A stretch of DNA of 64,000 nucleotides, from assembly GCA_047967505.1 (NCBI GenBank), contig CM106538.1. One strand, written 5' to 3'. Made by a program: the position numbers and the translations under genes. The notes under the pieces are model-generated. The model saw nothing but the letters and a program-made list of their open reading frames with translations. It did no database searches and was not told the origin of the DNA. Positions 41,701-56,843 of the stretch are shown here, piece after piece; the stretch's first letter is position 1, and each line of letters begins with the position of its first letter. The DNA comes from Dipteris shenzhenensis (taxonomy: Eukaryota).

Positions 41701-43169
41701 GCCTGCTATGTGCCGTATGCAAAGCTACTGCTATTATTGAGACACATGCAGTGAGTGAATAGCGTTTGAACATATTTTGGAAATAAAATTATAGTAATAT
41801 CTCATTACGTTTCATAGAAGAAACATCTAATTGTTGAACCATTTCTCAGTTCAAATAGGAAATAGGACCAAACACATAGAAGCAAGAAATGCCATATTGA
41901 CATTAGTCCTTATAGTCAATGCTTGACATTAAGATACATTGCTTGATCTTGGCAATGTGGTTCATGCATTTCCAAAACCCAAAGACAAAGCATTCAATTG
42001 AAGGCATGTATCAAAAATAGAGTTGTACATGATTACTTTTATCTACTTTGTCCTTGCTAAGTCTTGGAACTAAAATCCTTTCATGATAAAGCAATTCAAA
42101 ATGTACAAGAATGAGCTTAAACCAGATTTAAGAGACTTTCTTATCCCCCAATCCACTTAGGTACACACTCGGTACACAAACTTTCTATCATTACATCCAC
42201 TTAGATATACCTTGCTATCGTGACATCCACATTCTATTATTCTCATAGACATTAGTCATCTATCAAAGTGATTCTCTTGAAGGGACTATTTGCCCTTATG
42301 ATTCCCATGTGACACACCCAAGGTTAACATTGCTTTCTGTAAAACTCTTCATCTAGATCATCATTCAAAAGATGTGATTTTACATCCTTGAGAACTCTAC
42401 CATTTATTATTTGCTGGTAAAGGAAAAGCAAGTGGATAGGAGTCATCTTTAGTATCAAGGTTTTTTTTTAAAAGTATTGAATACCTTTATACCATGCATG
42501 TTTAGATATTTATACTTATCAATTGAAATATCAATTGAAATATTGGATTTTCACAAGTTAGCACAGTATTCACTTATATTTACAACATTACCATAGGTAA
42601 ATCAACAAAATTTCATGTGTTATTGTGCATAATTGAATTATCCTTTTTTTGCATTGTTTCCACTTAATTAGAAGAAGATGAAGCCATTGACATATTAAAT
42701 TGTTTCCTCAATATATTTGATCAAAGAAAAATAGAAGAATATATATTTGATAAAAAGACAAATAGAAGAATCTCATGCAGTTACATTTTTTCAATACAAG
42801 TATTGCTTGACATACTGACATGTCTATAATCTATGTCCAAAAGGAAATATTTAAAGCCTTGATAAGTCAATTGTACTTTGTACTCATCTCAATACTATGA
42901 ATCTAGATCAAAGATCACCTTTCACCTTTTTCTCCTTAATAAGTGATCATCTTCATTTACATCATCTTCACCACCATGCTACTATATCTACAACTCGTCG
43001 TGAGAAGCATCCAATCTCATTAAATATGACATCTTGACTGTAAATACTTGCTTCTCTCAATGTCAAAAAACTAGCATCCTTTTGTATTACTATGAATGCC
43101 AATAAATTTACTATGAATGCCAATAAATAACTTGAAAAAATCATTCATGTTCTCCAAGCATCTTCTAGT

Positions 43170-43560
43170 GTCATACCATGGATTATTTCTATTGAGCGAT
43201 CAATTTTAAGGTATATTATTGTAGGTAATGCCTCTTCCCAAAAAATACAAGGCAATTCATTGGATCTCATCATAGACAAAGCCATGTAATTGATTGTATG
43301 AAGTCCCTTTTTTGCTACATCAGTCTATAGATAGCTATTGTGGCACATAGAAAGGTATTAGCTATTGCAAATTATCATACATCTTATAAGATGAAGTCAA
43401 TACACTTAATTCGAATAAACCATATCGATCAACTCCCAAAATATTTACTAACTTCACTAATTCTCAGGTTCTTGTTTATATTCATGGAACTTTTGAAATA
43501 GTTGGATCTTTTGTGTCAAAAAATAAATCCATGGTTTGCTTTCATAATAATAAGTCAAAG
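43170..43560 (-). mobile_element. Ty1/Copia integrase remnant
   Basis: VAKKGLHTINYMALSMMRSNELPCIFWEEALPTIIYL resembles Copia VAERKNRTIVEMARSM...LP..FWAEAV.TAVYL. Confidence 0.7.
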
Positions 43561-45360
43561 TGATAAAATACTTGTTGTTACTCTTAATTTTTCCACACGT
43601 ATGCATGTAATATCTCCAAACATTTATTTTCTTTCCATATACTATTTGAAACTAGATCTCAATGACAATTTCTAAGGGAACCTTTAACAAAGTATGTCTT
43701 TTTAAAGAAAAATAAGGTTAATAATATGCTTGTCCAAACCTCACACACCATAAATAATTAAATTTTCTATTGTCCCCTTATCTTCGTTGTCTTTTATAAA
43801 AAATTTAATACATTAGTTAGAAACATGACATTTATAAAAATTATAATCATTCCTCATGTATTGGTAGGGTGTGGAATGGAGAGGTTGGGTCAAGCTATTA
43901 TTTTTATAGCATTGGTTTGTAAAAGAGGGAACACAACTGGTGAATATGGATGCTACGTGAAATGTCATATCCAAAGGGGAAATTGTGACTAATTACATCT
44001 CATCATAGAATTTGAGAATATGTAGATTTTGGTGCCACAAAGGCTTCTCAATCTTTGAGAGACCCCTTATCACAAGCCTCCTGACTCTCCAAAACCATTT
44101 TTCTTAAAAAACCATGAGTTTGTAGGAATTTCATCCTCCTCTTTTGCCATTAACCGTATCAAATCATAGTGATAAAATATGCAATTTCTTTCTAGATCTA
44201 GGAACTTTAAGAAACTCTCCACTAGTTATGCTTGGACCATCTAAATTAGAAACACATTTGGCATGCTGGTCTTTGCACTCAAGTCACGTAGCAAAGACGT
44301 GTGTGAAAGAATCATCACGAAGAGAGAAAGGTGTGTAGTACAAAGAGAGAGATTAAAAGCTAGCCTTCGAAATGCCAAAAAAAACGTGGAGCCATGAACA
44401 AATTCAATAGGGATGAGAAGCACTCCCACTCATACAATCTTGTATACTCATGCACCTTCTCTCATCTCAAAGAAATCTTTTCCTTCAATAGTTCTCATGT
44501 TGGGGGTCCCTTCTTTCTATAGTGCCACCAACAGTGATGCCTACCCTTTCAAGATCTCATGTTGGGGGTTCCGTGTTTTCCCATTGTACCGCCAATAGTG
44601 ATGCACGCCCTTTCAAGGGACTTGATTTTTCCTTCTATAGGGTCAATGTCAAAGAACCCAAAACGTCATTAATTACCTATACATACTCTCAATCTTAGTA
44701 GAAATGGTCTACAAGATGGTGTGCTTAGCTCAAAGTCTTAAAAACGAAGCGTGAACATGGCATAGTAATTTGAAACTTGGTTTGATCTTGAATTAGGATA
44801 GCTTCCAATATTGCCATTGTAATAGTCAGGAAATTGTTCTCTCAATGGCACTCATTGGGCTAGGGCCCATTGAGTTAGTGGAAGAATACTTTATTGAGCA
44901 CCAAAACCCTCATGCGAAAGAAAGAATGGAGAGGTGCGCATTGCTAGCTCATGCCAAACTATTTTGATTTAAGAAATGATGGGTCATGCATGGAGGTAGC
45001 TAATATAGACAGATCAAGAAAATTCAAAATCCAACTCTTTGGAATCGAATTCCATCTCATCTATTTTATGAGTATGCCACATTTAAAATTGAGATCCAAT
45101 GCATTTCAATATCAAATTTGATGCCATATATTCAAAATCAAGATCCAATGACATTCACTCTTGAAATTGATGCCACATTAGCTCTAACTCTATAGATTCC
45201 ACATCATCAAGTGCATTGGGTTAGTTGGACTTTATTTTCAATCAAGAGCACATATTTGGTGGTGACATTCACAAGAAATCCAAATCTATGGACCTTAGTT
45301 GCCATAGACACATGTAGCAACAATTAGTGAATACATAGCTCACATACACTCCACACATAG

Positions 45361-45406
<46 letters not shown>

Positions 45407-45685
45407 TCCATAAAATGATAAACATGGTACAATACCAAACCCTAATGTGGGATACCCTAACTTCATAAGGTCTATTCACACTCGGATTTAGATTCATTCT
45501 AGATTTCACAATGCTCCTCACCACCTACCCATGTATACAACAAATACCCATGTCACGTCATATGTACATGGATGATGACCATTCCAATGACTCATACTTA
45601 AACACTTCCCTGTCATTCTCCTACCATTGGATGGGGTCTCTATATTACATTGAGATATACAATTTTCAAATCTTTCAATTTTCTC

Positions 45686-45900
45686 TTAAGACAAGGTTTT
45701 CATGAGGAAGTTTATTGCTTGATCCTCAAACAAATAGGGAACACGATGGACAATATCTTCTTCCATATGATGTCTTTTGAAATGGTAGTAGATGTTGGTG
45801 TGCTTTGACCTCTCATAACCTTTTGGAGTCTTTGCCAATACAATGGCACTCTGGTTGTCACAAAAGGTCATGTTAGCACCATCCATGAAGATCCTCCAAC
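45686..45900 (-). mobile_element. Ty1/Copia RNase H remnant
   Basis: TFCDNQSAIVLAKTPKGYERSKHTNIYYHFKR. Confidence 0.8.
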
Positions 45901-46509
45901 AATAAGCATCTTCACATGCACATCCTATAAGAGAAATGTACTTAGCTCTATTATAGACAATACCACATGACTGCTTGCATTTTACTATATAAAAGCACAA
46001 AATGAGAATTTAGCATGCATGTGTATCCAAAAATAGACGTGTTTGGGGCCACCCCCCCAACCTGCATTGTAGAACCCTCTCCATTCCCCCCCCGCTTGCT
46101 TCTTTTGCCTTCCACCCCCCTCCTCTTCTCTCAACATTGGCTTTCTTGTTCATGCTTTGGAGAGAGAAATCTTGGTGTCAAGTGACTCTTGTCTAGAAAG
46201 AAGGGCTCTAATGGCAGAACCTTTAACTCCCTAGACCATTAAGGTTTTACTTTCTCCCTAGGACAAACAACAGGTGAAGTTAGCAATTTAGTCTCTCAAG
46301 TGGAGGGAAAATTTGTGTGGCAATGGATCCAAAAGTGCTAGAAGGTGACCACACTAAGGAGATCACGGCTTCCTCATGATGCTCCACTTCTTGGGGCTCT
46401 CAAGAGAGTACCAGTCCTTCCTTGCCTCCATCAGGCATGCTTTGGCATAGTGTTAGAGGATCTACCCAATAGAACAACGTTTGTCATGGTAGATGATAGG
46501 GTTCCCAAA

Positions 46510-46870
46510 CTTGTATTGGTGGTTGAGAGTCTAAATTCCCTCCCAGAAGAGATCCGCCACCTCAAGACTTGTGATGGAGGCAATATCAAGACTTGTATTG
46601 GTGGTTGAGAGTCCGGATGAAGGAGATCTACCTCAAGACCCTTAATGAGATCTACCTTGAGGCCCTTGATGAAGGCAAGCTCAAGACTTGTACTGGTGGT
46701 TGAGAGTTTGGAATCCCTCTGAAGGAGATCTAACTCAAGACCCTTGATGAGATCTATTTCAAGGCCCTTGATGGAGGTGGCTGAGAGTTCAAAGTCCCTC
46801 TCGAAGGAGACCTAACTCAAGACCCTTGATGAGATCTACTTCAAGGCCCTTAATGGAGGCAAGCTCCAAT
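46510..46870. repeat. Imperfect minisatellite (CTCAAGACCCTTGATGAGATCTA / GTGGTTGAGAGT units)
   Basis: Several diverged copies are directly visible. Confidence 0.7.
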
Positions 46871-48899
46871 AGAGGATTGAGGTCTCGCATTTACTAGGAC
46901 ATATGCCTACAGTGTTGATAGATGGGCCATCTAGCTCGTGATTTCCCTCAACGACAACAATAGGCCCCTCAACCCCTCATAGCATTGATAGTCATAGAAG
47001 ATGGATATGTAGGTGGATAAGACTCAGCATCCTCCCAAATAGCCTCAAAGCAGCAACATGAGTTCCAGACCCCCTGGGTGGATCCCTACAAAAGGGAAGG
47101 GACCAAGTTAAAAATAAAAATAAGTTAAGCAAGTAGGCTATGAAGATTGTAGGAAAAGAGCTAAACTTAGGGAGAATCTGTGACTCGAATTCAAGGTAGA
47201 CTTAGATAGAATAGTTACGGAGTGCCCCCTTAAGTTTCCTCTAGATGCTAGAGGACAAGACCTGCTTTAATATTTTGAAAGATCCCCTTTAGGCTCCCTT
47301 TATGTGGGGCCTAGAGTACATACACATGCACTTGCACATCAACAAGAAGCAAGGGATCCCACAATTACGATGACTATTGATCCCTCCACCCTCCCCCGTC
47401 ACCCAAGGACTAGGAATCAAAGCACTCAAGTACCTAATATAGCAACGAGGGACTGGATCTTCCATTACTTCAATGGTCAACTACCTAGCCCGACTTTTCC
47501 TTCTTCCACCTGCCCGCTCACCCCCCCTGGTGTAATCATTGTTTCCACCTGCCCCCCACCCTCCTCCTCTCCACAGTCTTCCTCTCCCCCTATTAGTAAG
47601 GACCATCAGCCCCTTCTTGTTCTTCCGCTGCCTGCTCTTCCCCTAGTCTTGTTCCTTCTCTCTAGCCTTCAGGAAAGGGGGAGGTTACCCTCCCCTCCCC
47701 TCTCCCCCCTCCCTCCTCTCTAGAATGTGGCTCCCTCCTCTCTCCCATAGTCTAGATCCTCCCAAGACTCATGTTGCTCGACATCAAGAAAAGGGGGTGT
47801 GTTATCCTAGCTTCCAAGGACTACACCCCACCGGAGACAACCTCTATCAAGCGAGTTGTGGAGGCTCGGGCCTTGGAACTATCTAGAGTTGTAGATGTGT
47901 ATCCCCTGGCTCTAGAGATTCTATATGTGTATCCCCAGATGTGTATCTCCTTGACATTGAGAAAAGGGGACGTGTTCTCTAAATTTTGAAGCCCTACACC
48001 TCACCGGAGACAACCTCTATCGAGTGAGTTTTAGAGACTTGGCCCTAGAACCATCTATAGATTCCAAATACATATCCCCTGGCTCTAGAGGTGACAATGT
48101 AGATCTTGTAGCCCTAATTGGACACTCCTACCCTTTAAGTGCTTCCACTTTTCCTCCATAGGAGTTGAGTAGTGGACCTTATCAATGTTCGATTTTATGA
48201 TGGGTGAGCAAGTGTATCGCATGTTAAAGCATTGTGGATGGGCCCAGAAGGGATAGATTTAAGTCTTACCCATGTGGCTTTAGCTATCTAATATCTCAAC
48301 TTCATCGCAGAGAGGCCAAGTGTGGGAATGGCCATAATTGTGATCCATTTGTCACAAGAGGTGCAACATATACTCTAAAAACCATGTGCCACTTGGGAGT
48401 GTGGGACATTGGGTTCTAGAGTGATTGTCAAATGTGGGAGCACCTCTACAAGAATTGGCTTGCATGGATTTTATAGTTTTACATCGTGAGGGATTTGTTG
48501 GCTATATGTCCTCCTCCCTGGTTATTAGCCCACATCCCAGAGATTCCGTAGGTAGTGAGTTAGACTCTTTTGAAATAGGTTGGTCTTCTTTCACATTATT
48601 TTTTCCACTTTTGTTTCCATGGCCAGCACCTCAAGGATAGCTAAATTGTATGGTTGATTTTTTCAAACATTAATAGAAGTTATTTTGTGTAGGAAAAAAA
48701 GAAAGATTTTCCATGAATGGGCTCACAAGCCCTATTGCATAGTGAGAATATCATATTCTGTCAATGTCATAAAAAGGATGAGCTTACCAAACACTCGTCA
48801 AATTATATAATGTAGGATTGAAAAGAGTGCATTTTCTAACTTTTGCATGGTGTGCCTGGTCTCAATAGGTGTACTCAAAGGTATGACATCTACATCTAA

Positions 48900-49360
48900 A
48901 TTGCTCTAATATTGAGGCAATGTATCTTATTTAGCTAAAAAATATGCCTTCCTCTATTCATTCTATGTTGTACGAAAAATATAATGAAAAAGATCCTTAT
49001 TATGTATTTCAAACTGGTTGTGAAGATTGACCAAGTGACCTCCTTGATTAGCTTGTTTGTTGCCTGCTATGTTGAGGTCATCCATAGAGTGCACCAATCA
49101 AAACATAATATGCATTTCCCTTTATATATATCCCATGATCAAGCTCATTTCCTTTGAAACCTTGTTGCCTAAAATCTGTCTCAATCTTGTTGTACAAAGC
49201 CCATGGGGCATGCTAGAGGCCATAAAGTACCTTCTTCAATTTGCACACCAAGAGTTGAGATCCTTCTTCTACAAATCCATTTGGCTACCACATAAACACG
49301 TCTTCTTCCATTTCTCCATTAAGAATGCAAACTTAACATCCATTTTATGCAAGTTTCATG
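48900..49360 (-). mobile_element. Ty1/Copia reverse transcriptase fragment
   Basis: KMDVKFAFL...PNGFVEEGSQLLVCKLKKVLYGL*HAPWALYNKI. Confidence 0.8.
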
Positions 49361-49551
49361 CAAGGAAAGAACAACATAGATTGTCTTCATCTTTTTGACT
49401 AGGTGGATTGTCATGCAAGAGAAAGAATAGGGAAGATCGTGTTCGTCTTTATGATAAGTGCAAAAGTCTCCTCATGAGCATATGGCCCAAGTCTACATTG
49501 ATTTTGTTCTTCTATTGGTGGCCATTGCATCATTTGACTACCACTACATCA

Positions 49552-51160
49552 CTAAGTAGAAAAATTCGAATTCATGATTTCAAAAAATTCGAGAAATTCG
49601 GACGAATAATTCGTTTGGGAAAAAAAACGAGCAAAAAGTTCGCTACCACGTCACGTTTTTTTCACAATTCACCATGTCATCCATCAATATTCGTACGAAT
49701 ATAAGTAATAGTACGAATAATTTCTCCTATACAGGCCAACAGTTGTTTGTACTTTACTCATCTCACGCTTGGTTGCAATAGAGATCAAAGAAGGAAAGGA
49801 AAACAAGGAAGGCCTCTTAGATTGCTCAAGCAATCTCTAAGGTCTAAACTAAGATGGAATTTTTGTTTTTGTATATGTGAGTTCTTAGGAGCATTTTTTA
49901 AAGCTCTTAAGATCTCTTGTGGGAATGGTTTTTGTGTTTTTGTTTGTTAGAGTTCATAGGATCTCTTCTTGGATTTTTTGTGTGTTTTTGTTTGTTAGAG
50001 TTCATAGAATCTCTTCTTGGATTTTTTTTTTTTTTTTTGTTAGAGTTCTTAGGATCTCTTTTTTGAGTTCTTAAGATCTCTTGTGTAAATTGTTTTTATG
50101 TTTTTTGTTTATTAGAGTTCTTAGGATATCTTATGTAAATTGTTTTTGTGCTTTTGTTTGTTAGAGTCCTTAGGATCTCTTGTTTTTTATTTCTTCAAAT
50201 CTCTTATGTAAATTGCTTTTGTGTTTTTGTGTAAGAGTCCTTAGGATCTCTTGTTTTTTATTTCTTAAGATCTCTTATGTAAATTGTGTTTGTGCTTTTG
50301 TTTGTTAAATTTCTTAGAACTCTTGTGTAAATTATTTTTGTGTTTTTATTTGTTAGAGTTCTTAGGATCTTTTGTTTGAGATCTTCATCTCTTGTGTAGA
50401 TTGTAAATTGTGTATTTATTTATATTAGTTTAAGTTATTTGTGTGAAATGTAATTGTTTGTGTTCTCTCTTTAGTGAAAAAATATATAAGCAAATTGTTT
50501 GGGTTGTAAGTGTAATTCTCTTATGTGAATAGATACTAGTTTATTTCTTATGTGAAAAAAGTTTACGTGAATGAATTTTGTGAAATAAAGTTATTTCTTA
50601 TGTGAGTAAATTAACATTTATTCTTATGTAAATAATGTTTTTATAAATAAATTCTATGAAATAAAGTTATAAACCATTAATGTCGATAACTTGGTAGTGC
50701 ATCATTTGTATAAGTCTATAGTAAATGCCTTAGTAAATATATTACTAAATAAATACCATAGTAATTATAATATAAAATATATCAATATAAATTCAAATAT
50801 TTTGTTAAAGTAAAATAACTTCACTGAATAGATCATAAAAAGTTACACACTTTTTCCTTTTGCATCTCCTTGATCCGAGTTGTAGATCACATGTTATGTC
50901 CATGGAGATCCCCATGGCCATAACTTGAGATCCGTAGCTCGGATTGAGGAGCTCTCAAAAGGGAAAGTGTGTGGCTTTTTATTATTTATTCAATTGCCCA
51001 ATATATGATCCAAAAATATTTACTTAATGTATTCATACGAATAAGTCATTCGTATGAATAAATTAGGAAAAATCATTGGATTCGTTTTAAATCAGGAAAA
51101 TCGCGATTTTTCACATTTTTTCGAATTAAAAAAAAATTCGAGCGAATTTATGCAACCTAG
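49552..51160. mobile_element. Non-autonomous hAT-like DNA transposon (1609 bp)
   Basis: 8-bp TSD CTACATCA at 49544-49551 and 51161-51168. Imperfect TIRs CTAAGTAGAAAAATTCG and CTAGGTTGCATAAATTCG. TTCG/CGAA-rich subtermini and an internal tandem array of GTTAGAGTTCTTAGGATCTCTT (~49880-50400). Confidence 0.8.
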
Positions 51161-51539
51161 CTACATCATCTATAACCTATCAGCTCAACCTCCTTGACTC
51201 AATTGACACTCAAAGGCCACATCATCACTCAAGTGGCTCAATGCCACATGATCAAGGCCAAGTCATCAAATGGTGAGAATGTTATCGAATGGTGACCTGA
51301 TTCCCATTTCATCACATCTATTTTGGCGATACCTAGCTTAGTGATATTGACCTTTGATTTAGATAGCTATTTCATAATTGGAGTTCACCCCCATATTATC
51401 AACACTAATTTGGATCTAGCTCTTAGGTCTTCTTATCCTCCACTTCCATACCTAAATCATTGTGGTACTCATGAGGGAGCCACCACCATCGCAACTTGCA
51501 ATGTGCCCTTTACTAAAATTTTCCCCCAATAAAAGTACA

Positions 51540-51600
51540 TTATGCATGTGCATGCGCGTTTGCATGTGCGTGTGCATGTGTGTTCACATGCACGTGCATG

Positions 51601-51633
<33 letters not shown>

Positions 51634-51715
51634 GCGTGTGCGTGTGCGTGTGCGTGTGCGTGTGCGTGTGCATGTGTGTGTGCATGTGCATGTGCGTGTG
51701 CGTGTGTGTGTGCAT
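51540..51715. repeat. Alternating purine-pyrimidine (TGCG/TGCA/TG) microsatellite
   Basis: Directly visible. Confidence 0.9.
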
Positions 51716-52690
51716 GGCCGTTGTTAGTCCAAGAGTCTAGACTCCAAGGGTGGTGGTCCAAGTACCCATGGTAGTCTAAGAGTCCAAGGGTGGTAATCCA
51801 AGAGCGTGTGGGTTGTTCATGAGTTTGTAAAAGTCCAAGAGTCCAAGGGTGGTAATCTAAGAGGTAGTCAGAGTCCAAGAGTCCAAAGGGTGGCTTGTGG
51901 CAACATTTTCTAAGGCCTTCTCCTACAAGTTGCCACACAGGAAAACCTATATGTGGTTAATAGATAAAAGATATAGGTCTTTCTTCCCCACATTCGATGC
52001 CATCTATATTAAATCTCATGGAGGTAATTCAGCCTACCTTCATGACTTGGATGACAAGCTTTGACTATTCTTCTCATGGCTATAACTTGAATCTATACCC
52101 CTCTCCCATAGCCCTCCTCCTAGCATTTTTTGGCATTTTATTGTGTAGTGACGAAAATATTTGTGCTACTTTTTGTTTTTCTAGTCTAAGAAGATTTAGA
52201 ATGCCACCATTGTTCACCCTTGATCAAACAAGGAGATTACAATAAATGCTTTAAGTAGTCATCTAGAATCAATTTTAAATAAAGTATCCAAATCGTAACC
52301 AAATGCCTAAGCCTTGCACATGCAAAAAAGCAAATAAAAAAAGGCCCATAGCTTCACAAGTTTGCATACAAAATTTGCATGGAAAGCTAAAAATTTAAAC
52401 ACATGCAAAGATTTGGTGATGAGCCTTTAGCTTTATATGAGCTTAAAGATAAGTAGGAGTCTTCCTCAAACAATCAATATCTCTTTGTCTCAATCTTTGT
52501 GTCCCCCTCACATTATCATATTAATATAATACACATAATATGTATTGTAATGATTAGATCCTTAACCGTGCTTTTTGTAAGTGGGGATATTTTACACATG
52601 CAATTTGACTACCTCCTCATCTTGATCATCGTTTCTTGACTTTGAATTTTAGTTTAAAAGACACTCTACAAGTGCGAGAGTAATGCTTAT

Positions 52691-52739
<49 letters not shown>

Positions 52740-53595
52740 ATGCACATGCACAAGTGTGCATCCATGTGTGCTTGCACACATGCATCCACATGAGTGAGCA
52801 GGGAATGTGGGTGCATATAGGTGTGCACAAAAGGGGCTAGGTCAGATGGTGGAGGCAGAGTCCTCAATTCAATATGGCTATCTACATTCCCCATTGGACA
52901 ATGGGTACATAACCAAGCGATAAAAAAATTGATAACCATTCACGTTTTATGAATATTAGGGCTGCATGTGTAGATATATCTTATTTGCTATGAATGTAAA
53001 GCTATATCTTTGTATGGAAAGATTGTCATCAAATGCGTGTCCGGTCTTAATCATGCTTTTCTCTTGGAATATGGCCAATACTTTGAAACCATCATATCGA
53101 ATCTATCACTCTCAAGACCTTTATGGTATGCCCATTGATAGATATAGGTTCATATTGTCTCACGTCAAATCTTGTGTGTTCAATTTATCATTTTCATAGA
53201 GTCTTAGGTAAGCACACGCATTGAGGGCTATAGTACTTGCATCAAAGTAATGTTCTTTATCCTTATATTTGGCCTTTTGACAATAATAATTCTTTAATTG
53301 GCCTTCTCCTGTCATGCACCCAAGACGTGAGGTTCATCGGCAGTTGCCATATCTCAAACATAAGATGCGCGATCTCCCATACCTTTGAGAATATCTCATA
53401 TCATCTTCAAATCGAAGATGTTCTTGCAAACAAAAGATTGGCAAATGCACGATTGTGCTAGGAGCATGAAAAGACCCAAGCATGGTGAAGGGACGCCACT
53501 CAGTTTGTGATTCAAGCTCATGAAGATTTGAAGGGGTGGTTGATATGGGGAAGGTAGAATGTGAGATGTTGGGCTAGCACTTTTTGATGCAAGGG

Positions 53596-53639
<44 letters not shown>

Positions 53640-55123
53640 AACTTGTATGCTTGTGTAGTAATGCTGCACATTGAAGCATGAGATGAGGATTAGATTGATA
53701 CAAAGCTCCACCCCTCCCTTGTTACCAACTAATGACCACCCTTCATAGCAAAAGGCATGCACACACACCCCATGTGTGCAGGTGTGCCCCCCTGTGCGTG
53801 CAGGTGTGCTCATGCATTGCCACGTACCCATTGAGTATGCATTGGCAACAACTGGGAGGTGTGTAAGAGAGCATTTCCACGCTCTGAATATGGAGAAGCT
53901 ATGTCCATGGGACTTCGTTGTGCCGCTATTTCCATGGGACTTCGTTGTTGTAGTATTCCCATGCTCGGTTCCTGGCACTATTCCCACGCTTGGGTTCCAT
54001 GGAATTAAGATGGGTACTCTTAAAGGGGAGGAAGGGGCGCTAAAGTTAGCGGTTGAAGTCTAATGCGATCTGTGCGAGGCCCACGCAAAGCAAGCGTATC
54101 CAAAATCTGGAAAAGAGTGTTATGTTTTGGCGACTTCCTACGGTTCCCCAGTGCCCACTATCTTTCTGCCCCTCATCAGTACGCTGTTCGCCACACCCAC
54201 GCATCGCTTTGATAAGACAGATCTTTCTGCCGCACCTCAGGACACCGTCGCCCCTGTGAATCCTTCCTTTTGCCCATTCCATCTTAGCCTATATCTGATG
54301 AGTACTGGCTTGAATTGGATAATTGTGTTCTCCCAAAACGGCATCCTCCAACACATTTTTCTGCCCATCTCTGTCGCCTCCACTATTCACGTGATTCACA
54401 GAATCCCTAGTGGAATGGCTTTTCCCCGCATTCCCTACGCATGCGCCCTCCTCCCCTTTTCACCCACCTATCGTGAAACTCCAATTCGTATTGACAGTAA
54501 CGCTTATGGGAATCGTAGGACATCTAGTACACAATATATTCCAACAACCAGCCGTGTACTTTAAATCATGTCTTCAAGCTGTTATGAGTGTAATCATGTG
54601 TGTGCCTTAAGTAATCTCCTCGATTTAACTTTTGCACATAAGTACAAATAAGTATTTCAAAAAGTACACACAGCTAGAGCTCTACAAGAACCTAGTAGTG
54701 TAGCCACTATGGACCAAACTTGCACTCAAAAGGCATTCTAGATGACGATGAATATTGTCATATCATTGCATTGGGTATGCCATTAGCCATTACTTTCTCG
54801 TTATCGTGCACACAAACTTTCATCGACAATTCCTTCTACTTCTTTGTACATGAACGTATATACATGGTCCAAGCTTGTGGTCACTTATGCTCCCTTGACA
54901 AGTTCGTGCGTGCTTTCTTAGTAAGAATCCCCCTCAAAAGCAAAGAAGACAATAAGGCATGGGGGTCCACACTACCTTCATCTTTTAAAAGGGGGCAACT
55001 AAAAAATGTTAAAAAATATGTGGCAAAATATTCAAAATTAGTGAAAGCCATCAGCCCCACACATCAAATGGCCCATTCAATTGCAATATCACTACCTAGA
55101 AGGTAATGCTAAAAAGCGATGTC

Positions 55124-55343
55124 CAAATGTATATGGTTCAAACAATCACCTCCAAAGGTCATAAATCAACTCTATATGTGTATGTGTGGGGTGGTGGGAG
55201 GGGAGGGGAGGGGGGGGGGACATGCACAATGCACAAATGTATATGGTTCAAACAATCACCTCCAAAGGTCATAAATCAACTCTATATGTGTATGTGTGGG
55301 GTGGTGGGAGGGGAGGGGAGGGGGGGGACATGCACAATGCACA
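55124..55343. repeat. Near-perfect tandem duplication, period 110 bp, containing a G-rich tract
   Basis: CAAATGTATATGGTTCAAACAATCACC... at 55124 and 55234. Confidence 0.9.
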
Positions 55344-55371
55344 CGCATATGCATTGTACATATACACATGG

Positions 55372-55760
55372 ATGGTAGTCAATTCATAAACATGTAACAT
55401 AGTAGGTTAGGTAATGGTACGAGATACTTAATTGCGGGAGTTTTAAGCCATATATAGGGATGGAGACATTGAAATCATGTGTATTTAATGTCATTAGCTT
55501 ATGTGCATGTACAGAGGGGACCTTTTAATTTAAAATCCAGCATTGTACATATGTACATGGACATTTACATCCATGCCCATGGCAGTCAATTTATAAACAT
55601 GTAACATGGTAGGTTAGTTAATGGTAGGAGATTTTTTAATTGAGGGAGTTGTAAGCTATATATAATAGTGGTGAGATTGACATAATGCTTATTTAATGTC
55701 ATTAGCCTATGTACATGTATAGAGGAGACCTTTTAATTTAAAATCCAAGCATATATACGT
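55372..55760. repeat. Diverged tandem duplication, period ~207 bp
   Basis: ATGG(T/C)AGTCAATT...AAACATGTAACAT at 55372 and 55579. Confidence 0.8.
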
Positions 55761-56249
55761 ACATTAAAAAATGAAAGTTTTCAAATTGGGGGTGTTTTAA
55801 ATGGGTAAGTGCTCACACATGTTATATGGGCTCTTAATTCATGAGTGAGCTTTATTGAGTAAACAACCTAGGCATGCATGCATGCTGTGGGCAGACATGC
55901 TGCACGCATTTGCACCCACATAGGTGTGCATGCAGACAAGCCTATCGCATTATGAGATACTTTATCATTTCATAATACCTCTTGAATATGTCATGTATAA
56001 ATAGACATGTGAGAACATTCTTAATTTCCATGATTTGAATGGCATGTTCACTATTTTATATTGTAGCACAATATACATAAACTTGTCCTTTATTAAGCAT
56101 ATGAATCTTTAAAGAAGCTACACACAAGAAATCATAACACAGAACCAAAAGCACTTAGTTTTAAGAAAAAATGATATAACACAACTGGGTTGATGATGAT
56201 ATGCATGCATGTTAGGCCTAGGTGTGTGTGTGTGTGTGTGTGTTTAGAT

Positions 56250-56806
56250 TGAAAAGTCCCATCAATAATTGAGCCATACAATTAATTCCATCAATTGGAT
56301 AAAAAGTTAAAAAAGGAAAACATGTAAGAAAAAAGTCTGAAGAGTCTAAGTTGAAAAATGCAACAACTAGAGTTTGTAAAAATTTTAACCAAAATTGAGA
56401 ATTTTTAATAATATTGAGTTTAACAAACACAATTTTGAAAAAAGATGTTGAATTTTCAAGCAGTCCAGGTTCCGATGTTGGGGTACACTTACTTGCCACC
56501 ATCCAAACAAACTAGGTGTTATTAGAACATCATAGTTATGTTTGGGTAGACAGGTAATGCATGTTTTCCCCAACTTCTTATTGCTTTACCTAGGAATATA
56601 GACAACCATATGGATTCTTATCTTAGATATTTTATTAAAAAAAGAAGTTTAAGTACAAGTGGAGTAAGGAGCGAATAAGTGCATGGGTTGAGAATGGATT
56701 AAAGGAGGTATGGGAGGATTAGTAGGCTTGGTGTGTGGGGTGGTTAAAAAGAGAGTGCAAACTTCATAGGGGGTACATAAAAGAATAATTCATAACTGGG
56801 GAAGTA

Positions 56807-56843
<37 letters not shown>

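Noticed and set aside
53990-54564. Possible coding segment
   Set aside because: Somewhat CpG-rich with short ORFs, but no motif was recognised in the frames examined.
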